A stretch of 63,132 nt of DNA, filler included, from Octopus bimaculoides (lineage: Eukaryota), in assembly GCF_001194135.2 (NCBI RefSeq). It is 5 parts of 5 records of this genome, joined end to end, with 100 filler letters (N's around TTAATTAATTAA, not from the genome) between each part and the next. Parts side by side here need not be neighbours in the genome. Positions count along the whole stretch, not along the records: positions 23,155 to 37,037 come from NW_026392079.1; positions 37,138 to 55,976 come from NC_068999.1; 3 more parts are not named here. One strand, written 5' to 3'. Below the pieces are notes generated by a model that did no database searches, was not told the DNA's origin, and saw only the letters and a list, made by a program, of their open reading frames with translations. The position numbers and the translations under genes were made by a program. Positions 26,503 to 38,550 of this stretch are shown here, piece by piece (within the stretch, counting starts at the first letter, position 1; every line of letters begins with the position of its first letter).

Positions 26503-26860
26503 GGGTTCATTCCCACTGCGAGGCACCTTGGGCAAGTGTCTTCTACTATAGCCTCGGGCCGACCAAAGCCTTGTGAGTGGATTTGGTAGACGGAAACTGA
26601 AAGAAGCCCGTCGTATATATGTATATATATATATGTATGTGCGTGTGTATGTTTGTGTGTCTGTGTTTGTCCCCCCACCATCGCTTGACAACCGATGCTG
26701 GTGTGTTTAGGTCCCCGTAACTTAGCGGTTCGGCAAAAGAGACCGATAGAATAAGTACTAGGCTTACAAAGAATAAGTCCTGGGGTCGATTTGCTCGACT
26801 AAAGGCGGTGCTCCAGCATGGTCACAGTCAAATGACTGAAACAAGTAGAAGAGTAAAAGA
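26503..26860 (+). mobile_element. tRNA-derived SINE, family A, near full length
   Basis: B-box-like gggttcattcccactgcg, internal (TA/TG)n, and tail ggcggtgctccagcatggtcacagtcaaatgactgaaacaagtagaagagtaaaaga. Confidence 0.85.
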
Positions 26861-27210
26861 ATATATATATCCACGATACCAGTTTAACAAGATTCCAACG
26901 GTGCAGAAGTGAGAGATTGAGCGATAGAGAGAGGGGGAGGGAGAGAGAGAGAAAGCAGAAAAGTGAAAGTGACACAGTACAATAGGAATGTTCAAATTTC
27001 TAATATTGTTTAGTGTCATGAGAGAAAAAATTCCAAAACTAACATACAACTAAATTACTAACGTTGATGAGGAATAATAAACAGCAGGTTTTAATTTGCA
27101 TCTTACTGCATATTGAAACTACAGTCCTGGTTTAAACGACAATTCATAAAATACAACCAAAACACATCAGTATTGTTATTATTATTATCATCATCCTCAT
27201 TATTATTATT

Positions 27211-27758
27211 GAGTGAGAGAGCAGTGCATGCTATCAGAGTGACATTGGGGTAAAATATACGAAGCCCAGTACACCCATCATGACTACCCGTCTGATAAGG
27301 GTACACCAGGTACATGCATCACAACCATATGTGCATGACATGGTGATCTCATATCAAGATAAACAGCTCATGATCTCGCAGGTGGGGCCCAGTTAGAATT
27401 TTCTTCAGGTCGAATAGCCCATCCCGCACAAAAGGTTCCTGAATAAGGTTTGTTTAAGGATGTTGAGCAAAACAACCCATGTTTCCAAAAGTGAATTATT
27501 CAAACCCCAAAGAATTCCTCTCAACACATGGCTATGATGCTCCCCCACTACTTCTGCTCATGATCAGAGATGCACATATCGTCAGCCACCAAGGGACTTG
27601 CTCAACTGGTTAAGGTCAAACAACTGACAAGCAAATTTGTGGTATTGAGCAGAATATTTGCTGTAGCCCATCTTTTATACCAAGGCAAAACCATGTACAT
27701 GATAACACTTCCAATCAATTAAGATCAGAAGCCATGAGAGCCACTGCCTGGTACTGCA

Positions 27759-27759
<1 letters not shown>
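27211..27759. mobile_element. 549-bp non-coding interspersed repeat embedded in an (ATT)n microsatellite
   Basis: (ATT/ATC)n on both sides. A second, inverted partial copy lies at 3018-3365. No convincing ORF. Confidence 0.8.
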
Positions 27760-27827
<68 letters not shown>

Positions 27828-27838
27828 CATCATCATCA
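27760..27838. repeat. (TTA)n/(ATC)n microsatellite
   Basis: Directly visible; abuts the 3' end of the Dong/R4 LINE. Confidence 0.95.
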
Positions 27839-27839
27839 A

Positions 27840-29515
27840 TTGAAAACCCAGAGTTTATTTTGCTGGATATGATGGAAAGTGTCAGCTATTCACAACCAGC
27901 AGACTAAGGTGACACTTGTTTACTGGTCATGCTTCAAGAACCCATGCGAAGAATTCTTGCAGTTCCAAGGAATGCTGATTTTTGTAGGTGTTCTAACTTT
28001 ATACTTGCATCGATCTTTTAAAGCCATGCTGGTAGTTGTGTGCTGATACTTCCAAATGCACCAACTACAATTGGTATCACTTCTACATTGACCATAACCT
28101 TCGTATTTCCCACTTCAAGTCGTCACAGCTGTTTATTTTTTACTTCTTCTTTCACATTGGTCCTGTTGTCACCGGGGCATGCTATGTCAATTATTATACG
28201 TGTTCTTTCTGTCTTATTCACCACAACAATGTCCGGTTTCCGATATCTGGTCGGGTAATCGCACTGGATCATTGCATCCCACAGGATTTTGCAATTCTCA
28301 TTTTTGGTGACTGTCTCTGGAGTTTTCTCATACCACGTCTTTGCTCTTTGTTGACCGTGATTTCCACAGAGCTTTCAATGGATCATTCTTGCCACATTGT
28401 CATGATGTCTTTTATATTCGCGTTGTGCCAATTTCGGGCATTCTCTAACGATGTGCCATACCGTTTTGCCCCTCTCACCACACATTCTGCGTTCCTCGCC
28501 GTCGGTAGTGTTGTCTATTCTGCACCTCATATAATTGGTCCTTAACGCTTGTTCCTGAGCTGCGCATATGAGTGCTTCTGTCTCTATCTTCAGGTCACAC
28601 CTCCTCATCCATAACCACCGGTTCTCTCTATCTGTCTTGGTGTTCACATCTCTTGCAAACTGACCGCACATTTTCTTTCCTTTTTTTCTTTGTTCACATC
28701 TTGTTCAAATTTTTCTCTAGTTATACAATTTTCACTTTTGATGACGCCGGCCTTCTCTGCGTATTTCAAAAGTGGTCCGACGGCATTCTTTGTATACCAC
28801 ACTCGGCTGTTTTCCTCTGCTTCGATACAGTCCTGGCAACTGATCAAACCTCCCCCACCCTTTCTTCTGGACAATTACAGCCTATAGCTGTCATTCTTAG
28901 GGTGGAAGGTTCCGTGTACTATCAACATTTTTCTGGTTTTGATATCCATTTTCTTCAGTTCTCTCTTTTGCCATTTTTTTTATTTCCGTTCCATAACATA
29001 TTAATTGCTTGGATTTTATTCCATCCAGTTAATTTTGAGCGCAACATCAACATCAATCTTCGGAAATACTCCATCCTCAGTTGCTCTTTCATTTCCTTTT
29101 CCATTATCTCGTTGAACTCTTCTACACGAAGGTATTTGTATCCTTCCGTTTCAATTTGCTTAATCAAGTCTTTATTCGGTAATTCTATCCCTGCTAGGGT
29201 CTGTACCTTGCTTCATTTTAGGTAGATTATTCCACACTTCTTGAGTTCAAATTCCATTCTAATATCACTACTAAAACAGTGGACCGTGTTCACCAAGAAA
29301 CTCACTTGTGTCTCATCTTTGCCATGCAGTTTCAAATCATCCATGAAGAGGAGATGGTGGATTGTTTGGGATTTAGGTTAATTTTCCAAAGTACAAAGGC
29401 CAAGGGCATCATGCAGAGAACGAAAAGCAACGGATAAAAGCTATCACCCTGAAAAATCCCTCTTCTAATAGCCAGGATGCCCAAGCTTTTCCCATAAGAT
29501 GTCAGTTCAGGTGGG
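27840..29515 (-). mobile_element. Dong/R4-clade non-LTR retrotransposon (REL endonuclease), 5'-truncated and decayed
   Basis: The minus strand gives RRGIFQGDS and HHLLFMDDLK (RT), RRKGGGGL, ETEALICAAQEQALRTN, a C..G...HIV.C..L..EYKRHHDNVA zinc knuckle/RHD region, and RKPDIVV...IIDIACPGD (REL). The 3' end abuts (GAT)n(AAT)n. Confidence 0.85.
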
Positions 29516-30216
29516 TGACGGACTTCAGTCTTCATTCTCTGACCTTTGAGTTTCATAAACTTCCTAATCTGGCGTGTCTTCACCATTTCAAATTCTTTCA
29601 TGTACGACTTTTCAAGATCTTGCTGGATTCTCTTTCAAGCATCTCTGGTTATTTTCCTAAGTAATGAAGATAACCCCTCTTTGATTTCGTTATTTAGTTG
29701 ATGTTTTTTTTTCCAACGGTTGTAATGGATCCTTTCATGGATGAGGGCGTGTCCTGCCCTTTCCGCTACTCTTCTAGCTTTATATGAATCCACTGGTGTC
29801 ATTATATTCAAACCAGGTGGTATAAGCTTCGAGTCTCCACAGCTACACAGGAAAGTTAGATGGTTTGAAAGACGGCTAGTTTTTCATGGAGTTTCTCTAT
29901 ATGTCTCCATTGAAGTCTAATGTTGGCTCCGTACCGATTAGATAATATAGTTCTATATTTAAGAGATGAGGAATTATGTACATTATTTACATTTGACGAA
30001 TATTTCTCCTCACCTTGTTTGTTGTTAACACAACGTTTCAGCTGATATACCCTTCCAGCCTTCATCAGGTGTCTTGGGGAAATTTCGTACCTGAGTTCTC
30101 ATTCCTAAGGTATTTTTCGATGCTGTTATTACTACTATTATCATCGTTCAACTAATAAAATATCTAACAATCGAATCACGCTCTTCGTCTTAATAATAAT
30201 AATAATAATAATAATA

Positions 30217-30272
<56 letters not shown>

Positions 30273-30316
30273 GATGGTGGTGGTGATGATGGTGATGGTG
30301 GTGGTGGTGATGATGG

Positions 30317-30347
<31 letters not shown>

Positions 30348-30491
30348 ATTTCCCCAAGACACCTGATGAAGGCTGGAAGGGTATATCAGCCGAAACGTTG
30401 TGTTAACAACAAACAAGATGAGGACAAATATCCGTCAAATGTAAATAATGTAAATAATGTACATAATTCCTCATCTCTTAAATATAGAACT
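29516..30491 (-). mobile_element. Penelope-like 5' fragment with inverted pseudo-LTR pair
   Basis: The minus strand has KARRVAERAGHALIHERIHYNRW and KTRQIRKFMKL (PLE N-terminus-like). About 140-bp inverted arms at 29949-30086 and 30345-30491 each carry a hammerhead-like motif. Confidence 0.65.
30358..30404 (+). ncRNA. Minimal type I hammerhead ribozyme-like motif (inverted copy at 30027-30073)
   Basis: GACAC-CUGAUGA-A-GGCUG(loop)CAGCC-GAAAC-GUU-GUGUU, with stem I GACAC/GUGUU, a 5-bp stem II and palindromic ACGU at stem III. Confidence 0.55.
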
Positions 30492-30719
30492 GTATCGTCT
30501 AACTATGTTTGTAACCTCATTCATGTTTTATGCATGGTTATACCACAGGGTTTTCCTCTCTCTCCATCCTTTTGACTTCTATAACTTTGGTTCGATATCG
30601 GTCATATTTTTCTTAGTGTTAGATACTTCTCATGAGGCGTTGTAATACGATGCTTCCCCTTCGACTGCTTCGTCAGAGAATAGAATTGCTTCGTCAGAGA
30701 ATAGTTTGGAAATGATCCT

Positions 30720-31135
30720 ATTTATGTTATTAACTAATTATATTAATTATTGGAGGTAGATATGATTTGAGCGTCTGCTGATGTAATAGTACCCTCATTA
30801 ATTTTGTGGAAGTGTTTATACTTGCCTGTGTGCAACTTCACATTAATATCGAAGAAGTTGAGTCCTTGAAGCTTGCTACTAACTGTGATATTTAAAATGA
30901 GTTGAGAAAATAGCTTGCATAAATGTTTCCTCATCTAGATCGTGACCATTCTTATTATGTACTACACATAGACCCTTCCCTATGTAACCTTATGTCAGCA
31001 TCCTTTATTTCCTTAAGTATATCTAAGATACAAAAGCCTGGCAACACCAGTACCTCTGCCCCATCATGGATACCTATAGAAACATCGGTTGTTGCATGCT
31101 TAATAATACGAGAGAACACTAGTCAAGGGAAATAA
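30720..31135 (-). mobile_element. Penelope-like RT fragment (second subfamily)
   Basis: DVSIGIHDGAEVL resembles the PLE DVTMGS.DGAEVCE motif; also LNITV...LNFFDINVKLHTGKYK. Confidence 0.55.
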
Positions 31136-31274
31136 TAATGAAACGAGTACGTATATGAGTTACTTCCCTTAAACTTTGAATATCGTATTTCACTCTATTA
31201 CATACATAAGAGATAGACAGATATGCATACACGAGAGAGAGATCTATAAGTGAGTGTATATGTAAATACATGTA

Positions 31275-32530
31275 TTGAGTCATCCAATAAATAATTCGGT
31301 TTTTTCAATTGCATGAGCTAAAAGTCGATGGGGTAACGGGATAAAGTACTTGCATTAACTTGCTATAAAAGCAGGCTGCAAATTATCTTGTGCTTATTCT
31401 TAGTTTCGAAGAGTGCAGTTCGATTTTAACAGTTATTTTTTTCAAAGCTATAATGGAAGTATCAGAGGAGCATATTCGGCATATTTTGCTTTATGAATTC
31501 AATAAAGGCAATAATGCAACGGCAGCTGCGAGAAATATTAATGCAGTATATGGGGATCGGACAATAAGCGTAAGCCAATGTCAGCGGTGGTTTCAGAAAT
31601 TCCGAGCCAGAAACCACAACCTAGAAGGCGAATCTCGTCCTGGAAGATTTGTAGAGCTGGACGAGGACGTCCGGCAAATCCTGGTGAAACAAAATCTCAT
31701 CGGAACTAGCAGAGAAGCGTGGATTTGGTCATTCATTCATTGACACCTGCGTGCCATCGGAAAAGTGAGCAAATTAGGTCAATGGGTTCCTCACACATTT
31801 TCCGAGTCTACTTGCAAGCAAAGGATCACTGTGTGCTCTTCTTTGCTGTCACGTCTGACGAATGAATCTTTTTGGGACCGAATAGTGACTGGTGACGAGA
31901 AATGGGTTCTCTATAAAAAAATGTCAAGCGCCGAAGACAGTGAGTAGGGAAAGGAGAAACACCGGCACCCCACGTAAGATAACAACACGTAAGGTGTTGT
32001 TATTTCTTTGCTGCGATATGAAAGATTTAATCCACTTCGAAATTTTCAAGCCAAACCAGACGATAACAAAGGAGATCCACTGCAAGCAGCTTGAGCAGCT
32101 TAAGTCAGCGCTAGAAGAAAAACGACCAGCTTTGGTTTCAAAAAAAGTGTTCTTCCACCAGGATGATGTTCGGCCACATACAGAGAGGATGACATTCCAA
32201 AGGCTGGAGCAGTTTGAATGGGAGACGATGACCCACCCGCTATATTTGCTGGACATTGCCCCATCTGCTTATCATTTATTCCGCAGTCTTCCAAATCATT
32301 TGGACGGAAAAAATATGAATTCTATAGATGAAATCAAAACAGTACTGGAAGAGTATTTTTTGTCACGGACAAGTAAATTTTGGAAGTGTGGCCTTGCAAA
32401 TCTCCCAGATAGAAAGAAGAGCATTGTAGAAAATGAAGGAGAGCATATTCTAGATGAAAAAACAACTTTGTTTACCTAAATTTTAAAAAATAAGTATTTA
32501 AAAAACTGCATTATTTATGGGATGACCTAA
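31275..32530 (+). mobile_element. mariner (DD34D) transposon, full length, transposase disrupted
   Basis: TIRs ttgagtcatccaataaataattcggtttttt and aaaaactgcattatttatgggatgacctaa with TA on both sides. Motifs MEVSEEHIRHILLYEF, WDRIVTGDEKWVLY, FFHQDDVRPH and LDIAPSAYHLFRSL. Confidence 0.92.
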
Positions 32531-32546
32531 TATAATATACATGCGT

Positions 32547-32597
<51 letters not shown>

Positions 32598-32668
32598 TAC
32601 ATATACACAGACACATATATATATATATATATCCATAAACGTGTATACATAAAAACGCGCACACACAC

Positions 32669-32711
<43 letters not shown>

Positions 32712-33596
32712 AAATAACAAAAAATGGATAGTGGTTCATTTACTACAGCTGTTTCAGACGTGTATTTTTACTGATCAATAGAGTTATTACATCATGTGTA
32801 AAAAAAGTTCCAATTAGGTGAATATATTCACGAATTAAACATAAAAAACATTCAAACGAATTCAAGTATGTGCCATTTCATCATGAAACAGCTGTAGTGA
32901 GTGATTTACTATCCATCCGTTGTTATTTGTTTATTATTGACTTTATTCAGAACCATCAATTGCCGTGCACCAGGAGCCTATTATGTGCAGTACAATTGGT
33001 GCAGTGTTTGTACCTAGGTACAGCCTTGAGACTCGAGTTATACTCAGCCGGACGCTAGTGATCGTATACTCAACCGGAATATACATCCGTCTTTCTTTCG
33101 CTGTGGACATATATCTTCCACTAACAGTCTTACGTTGGACTTACACAAAACATTATGACTACTGTCGTTGGTAACCGGAATGGAGTAAAATATAATATGC
33201 AAGGTTTAAGGGAGGTAACTCATGCGCGTAATTTTATTTTATGAAATTTTGCATAGGAGTTATCTCCCTTAGACTTTGCATATCGCATTTCACTCTATTC
33301 TGGTTACCAATGTCAGCAATCACGATGTTTTATATAAGTCCAACGTAAGACTGTTAGCAGAAGATATATGTCCACAGCGAAAGAAAGACAGCTGTATATT
33401 CCAGTTGCGTGTACGATCACAATCGTCAGACTGTATATATAGCTTTGCCGAAATTGCAAGGATAATCTGGATCTCGACTGAGGAAAGAAAACTCCGAATG
33501 AATCGTCCTTGTTTTCTTTGTATCGTCTGTCTGGATATATATATATANNNNNNNNNNTGTGCGTGTGTGTGTATGTGTGCGTGTGTGTGTCGCTTC

Positions 33597-33627
<31 letters not shown>

Positions 33628-33745
33628 CGTGCGTCGATTCAAACATGAACACGCATTAAAAAACACGAAACAACAACAACGCAAGGACGTGAAATAAGTA
33701 CAGTGTTATTGGACGCTCAGGAAAGGAAAGAAAAGACGGACAGAC

Positions 33746-33795
<50 letters not shown>

Positions 33796-33899
33796 ACAAA
33801 AAGGAACAAGATTCCAAGAGAGAGGAAGTTCCTCATGAGACGCCGGACGAAGGTTGTAAATCGCTTCAACCAATAAAAATTAAAACACACACACTGATC

Positions 33900-35194
33900 C
33901 AATACTACCTCCCCACTTTAGCAACTAACATGCCAAAGGTAGTGAAAGGTCCCGCCTAAAAGTAACACTGGTGAAGATTGAAAAAAGCCTGCAACAATGA
34001 TATGTGAAGGAGACATCAGACAAAGAAGCCTGGGTTTTTTAAAGTATCAAGTCAAACCCAAAGCCTTCTTTCATGATGCCAAAGAAACAGCCTCAGTTCG
34101 CTGCAAAGTAGGACCTCTCTTCCAAAAGGATGACTCCCTCACAGATAACCCAACCAGGATCATTGAGGTACTGAATGTCCAGTTCAAAAGTGCCTTTACC
34201 ACCCCGTTGGAACACAGACAAGTGAATGACCCAGTGAATTTCTTTGCCGCCTCACCTATAACCAGCAAGGCAGTTACGACATTGGTGAAGATGGACGCAA
34301 ACTCAACTGCCGGCCTTGATGGTTTCCCGCAATCCTCCTCAAATCATGTAAGCGTGCCCTGGCGAAACCACTACAGATTCTCTTACAGAGCTTTCTTGCA
34401 AATGGCAGGCTGCCAAGCAAACTGAAGGAAATAATAATATGCCCAGTCGATAAAGCAGGATACAGAGCAGATGTCAATACATATGGGCCTATCTCTCTGA
34501 CTTCACACATCAGCAAAGTCACGAAATGGATAGTCAGAGGGAAACTCATCACATTCCTTGAAGAAAACGACTAGCTGAGTGATATCCAGCATGGTTTTCG
34601 ACCTGGTAGGAGCTACCTGAATCAGTTCCTACAGCACTATGACTGGGTGTTGAGGAAGTTAATCAGTAACTCAAATGTAGACGTAATATACTTTGACTTT
34701 GCAAAAGCTTTTGATAAAGAGGATTATGGTATGATATGCCACAAACTGCGTGATTTCTGCATAGCTGGAAAACTTGGAGAGTGGTTACATAACTTTCTGA
34801 AAGACAGAGGCCAGGCAGTGGTGGCCAATGGAGCCATCTCAAAGAAAACATACGCAGTGCGTGGTGTTCCACAGGGCACTGTCGTGGGACCACTGCTTTT
34901 CATAGTGGCTCTTTTAGATATGCCCTCAGCAGCCCGGATAGCCACCCTTCTAAACCACGCAGACGATACGAAAGTCTCGCAGAAAGTACGAAACCTTAGC
35001 AGTGTTGCACGTCTGTAGCAGGAGTTGGACACAATTTACAGTTAGATGAGGACAAGCCCTGTGTTACCAGCGCCCAAAACTGAAGGTAAAACTTAGAAGG
35101 TACACTGACCCACAGAGGTTTACAATCCCAGAACCTAAATCAGTGCGGGACCTGGGTATCGACATGAGTAATGATGCCTCTTTCTAAGTGCACA
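33900..35194 (+). mobile_element. CR1-like LINE, decayed RT region
   Basis: GPISLTSHISK, QHGFRPGRS, VIYFDFAKAFD, GVPQGTVVGPLLF and HADDTK, with stops and frameshifts. Confidence 0.88.
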
Positions 35195-36930
35195 TACTCC
35201 CGAACTATACGGCTGTTATATTGACGACTGTATCGGTACGACTTCACTCTCCCGCGAACATCTAAACTCCTTCCTCTCTTTTATCAAATCTTTCCATCCT
35301 GCCCACCCCCCACTTCTCCTGCACTATCTCTGACACCTCTGTCTCCTTTCTTGACATTTCGGTCAGCATTCATCACTCCACTCTCACCACCTCCATCCAC
35401 TACAAACACAGACTCCCACTCATACCTCAACTTCTCCACCTCCCACCCCAAACACACCAAGCTTTCCATCCCTTATTCCCAATTCCTTCGTCTACGCAGG
35501 CTCTGTAGTGACGACCATGGCTTTGAGGCACAGTTTCAGCTCATGGCTCGCCATTTCATCCTACGTGGATATCCCCTCACCACTATCCACACTGCCCTTG
35601 CCAGAGCACGTTCCGTGGACCATGCATCTGCTCTCTCTTCCACGTACCTACCCCGCGGTCTCGCGTCTCCCCACAACCACCACCCTACCTCTCCGATGCA
35701 CCATTCTCTGAGCCTTCCGGCCACTCCAGTCCGATCCCTCCACTTCGCACATCTTCCCTAACCGACCCCTCCCCTCCTTTAAACGAGCCCACAACCTACG
35801 AGACCTCTTGGCCCACAGGTTCTTCCCTAACCCAACCTGCCATCAAGGCTCGTTCTCCTGCTCCCGCCCACGCTGCCGCACTTGCCCTTACCTCTTCAAC
35901 ACAACCCTCCTCACCGGCACCCATCATCGACCCTATCACATCACCGACTTCTTCACCTGCACTTCTACCAATGTCATATACTNNNNNNNNNNNNNNNNNN
36001 NNNNNNNNNNNNNNNNNNNNNNNNNNNNNNNNNNNNNNNNNNNNNNNNNNNNNNNNNNNNNNNNNNNNNNNNNNNNNNNNNNNNNNNNNNNNNNNNNNNN
36101 NNNNNNNNNNNNNNNNNNNNNNNNNNNNNNNNNNNNNNNNNNNNNNNNNNNNNNNNNNNNNNNNNNNNNNNNNNNNNNNNNNNNNNNNNNNNNNNNNNNN
36201 NNNNNNNNNNNNNNNNNNNNNNNNNNNNNNNNNNNNNNNNNNNNNNNNNNNNNNNNNNNNNNNNNNNNNNNNNNNNNNNNNNNNNNNNNNNNNNNNNNNN
36301 NNNNNNNNNNNNNNNNNNNNNNNNNNNNNNNNNNNNNNNNNNNNNNNNNNNNNNNNNNNNNNNNNNNNNNNNNNNNNNNNNNNNNNNNNNNNNNNNNNNN
36401 NNNNNNNNNNNNNNNNNNNNNNNNNNNNNNNNNNNNNNNNNNNNNNNNNNNNNNNNNNNNNNNNNNNNNNNNNNNNNNNNNNNNNNNNNNNNNNNNNNNN
36501 NNNNNNNNNNNNNNNNNNNNNNNNNNNNNNNNNNNNNNNNNNNNNNNNNNNNNNNNNNNNNNNNNNNNNNNNNNNNNNNNNNNNNNNNNNNNNNNNNNNN
36601 NNNNNNNNNNNNNNNNNNNNNNNNNNNNNNNNNNNNNNNNNNNNNNNNNNNNNNNNNNNNNNNNNNNNNNNNNNNNNNAATCCACACCCCACCCTTGCAT
36701 TCCCCACTCTCGCTTCCCCCACGTCCCAATACCATCACATCAAACCACACACCACTAAACCACACAACACATCACACCACCACGCGCACACTAGCACTGA
36801 CCACTTCCCAGCCCCACATCCACACACCCACACATACACAATGCACAGGTCAAGGTCACCAGCCCTCTTCCAGACGCATACACTGGCGCATATACATAAG
36901 CGCAAACACACGCGCATAGACACATAAATG
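35195..36930 (+). mobile_element. Penelope-like element (RT from YIDD onward, start of GIY-YIG, gap, 3' UTR) abutting the CR1 relic
   Basis: TPELYGCYIDDCIG, TDSHSYLNFSTSHPKHTKLSIPYSQFLRLRRLCSDD, CSRPRCRTCPY and FTCTSTNVIY. Homologous to 52110-53020. Confidence 0.85.
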
Positions 36931-37137
36931 CGCCTACACACGCACATATACATATACACATATATATACATACATATCTATATATACATATACATACATA
37001 TATATATACATACATATCTATATATATATACATACATNNNNNNNNNNNNNNNNNNNNNNNNNNNNNNNNNNNNNNNNNNNNTTAATTAATTAANNNNNNN
37101 NNNNNNNNNNNNNNNNNNNNNNNNNNNNNNNNNNNNN

Positions 37138-37182
<45 letters not shown>

Positions 37183-37294
37183 CGTGTGTGTGTTTAATTT
37201 CTCAAATTATAAAGATAATTTATGGACATTCTGGATTCTGTACAGTGAAGAATAAAATTTTAACTGAAGGATGGGAGACAACTTTTCAAAATTA

Positions 37295-37415
37295 CTTGCA
37301 GTTTTATGAGTGGAATTCCCCTCTTGTGCTTTCAGTTTTACAAATGGAATTCCCCTCTTGTGCTTTCAGTTTTACAAATGGAATTCCCCTCTCGTGCTTT
37401 GTTTTACAAATGAAA
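37295..37415. repeat. 34-bp tandem repeat x3.5 (GGAATTCCCCTCTTGTGCTTTCAGTTTTACAAAT)
   Basis: Units start at 37312, 37346 and 37380. A dispersed copy lies at about 46372-46435. Confidence 0.9.
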
Positions 37416-38276
37416 TTTCTCTCAGAACTTCCCTCACGTGTTTTCAGTTTAACATAATCTTACAAACGAAATAGCTCTAAAATCTATTAACAGTATAAAA
37501 TAATCTGTGGAATCGCGTGTCTTCGTGACTAGGCTTTGAGGCGAAATTCTGGTTTAAGCACTCCATATAACTCCTTATACCTTTTTTTTATTATTATTAT
37601 TTTGGGGAGTTTGCAGAAACTTTTTACGAATTTGTGCTCAACACGGGAATTCATTACGATTATGCAAAAACCAAAATCGAAAATATTTTTATGTTTCATT
37701 TAAAGGCTATTTAAATTTTATTTTTGGTACACCTCGCGACTACCTGATACCTTCGTAGTTTCTTTGTCAGTCTGAAGTATTGATGATTTTTCAATATCTT
37801 TCTCCCTATAAACACATTTATTCGGACTGTCTATATTTCAGTAAACAGGATTTGGAAGCTAGCATTTTCTGCCTAATAGTTGTCTATTACATAATGAAAG
37901 TAAAAACATTACGAATTTTTAAACATAATTAAAGCAATAATATGCCTTATTGAGAGAGACAGGGTGGCATATGTGAGAGATATACATATACAGGAACAGG
38001 GTGGCAAAGTGTGTGATAAATATATAAAGAGGAAAGGCTTAAAAGACAGAGAGATCCAGTAGAGGCATACAGGGAGTGATAGATTTGTCGATCGAAAGTT
38101 GAGTTATTTCTCGTGGCAAATTATATTTTTTGATTAATCTTAACCAAAGACCTTGTCGTTAGGACGTAGATTTAGAAAATCACACTTGTTTTACTCGAGG
38201 ACATGCCGTTTCGGAGGTTTTCGGTTTCGTACACACGTGCATTCACATTTATGCAGCGTGTACACACACACACATT

Positions 38277-38550
38277 GTAGGGAGTAAAAGCGCTAAGTAG
38301 TGATGTGTATAAATACAAATTTGTTACCAGTTCAAATATGATTGGGCATATTCGAATCCGTAAGGAATCTACTCACTGTATTTTGTCGTGGAGAAAACCT
38401 CTCTCTGTAGACAAACATGTGTAAACACCACAAAGCCAGTTCGAAGCGTTCTCGAACCAGACTGATAGATGCATGTATTTCGGAGTGGTTAATGCTGGAA
38501 AGGAGATCTCCCTTCCAGCATCAACTACTCCCAAACAGATGAGATCCAAA
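38277..38550 (+). repeat. Local low-copy repeat with an internal foldback segment
   Basis: Homologous to 53103-53770, 53965-54290 and, inverted, 54290-54365 (ccagttcaaatatgattgggcatattcgaatccgtaagg...ctcactgtattttgtcgtggagaa). Confidence 0.75.

Noticed and set aside
28036-29225. Plus-strand ORFs of 169 and 217 aa
   Set aside because: They are antisense shadows of the minus-strand Dong/R4 element.
32741-32900. Inverted GAAACAGCTGTAG pair resembling hammerhead stem III
   Set aside because: No CUGANGA box is found next to either copy.
33841-33880. Hammerhead-like ccggacga-a-ggttg...caacc
   Set aside because: Stem II is present, but the GAAA box and the core are degraded; at most a dead relic.
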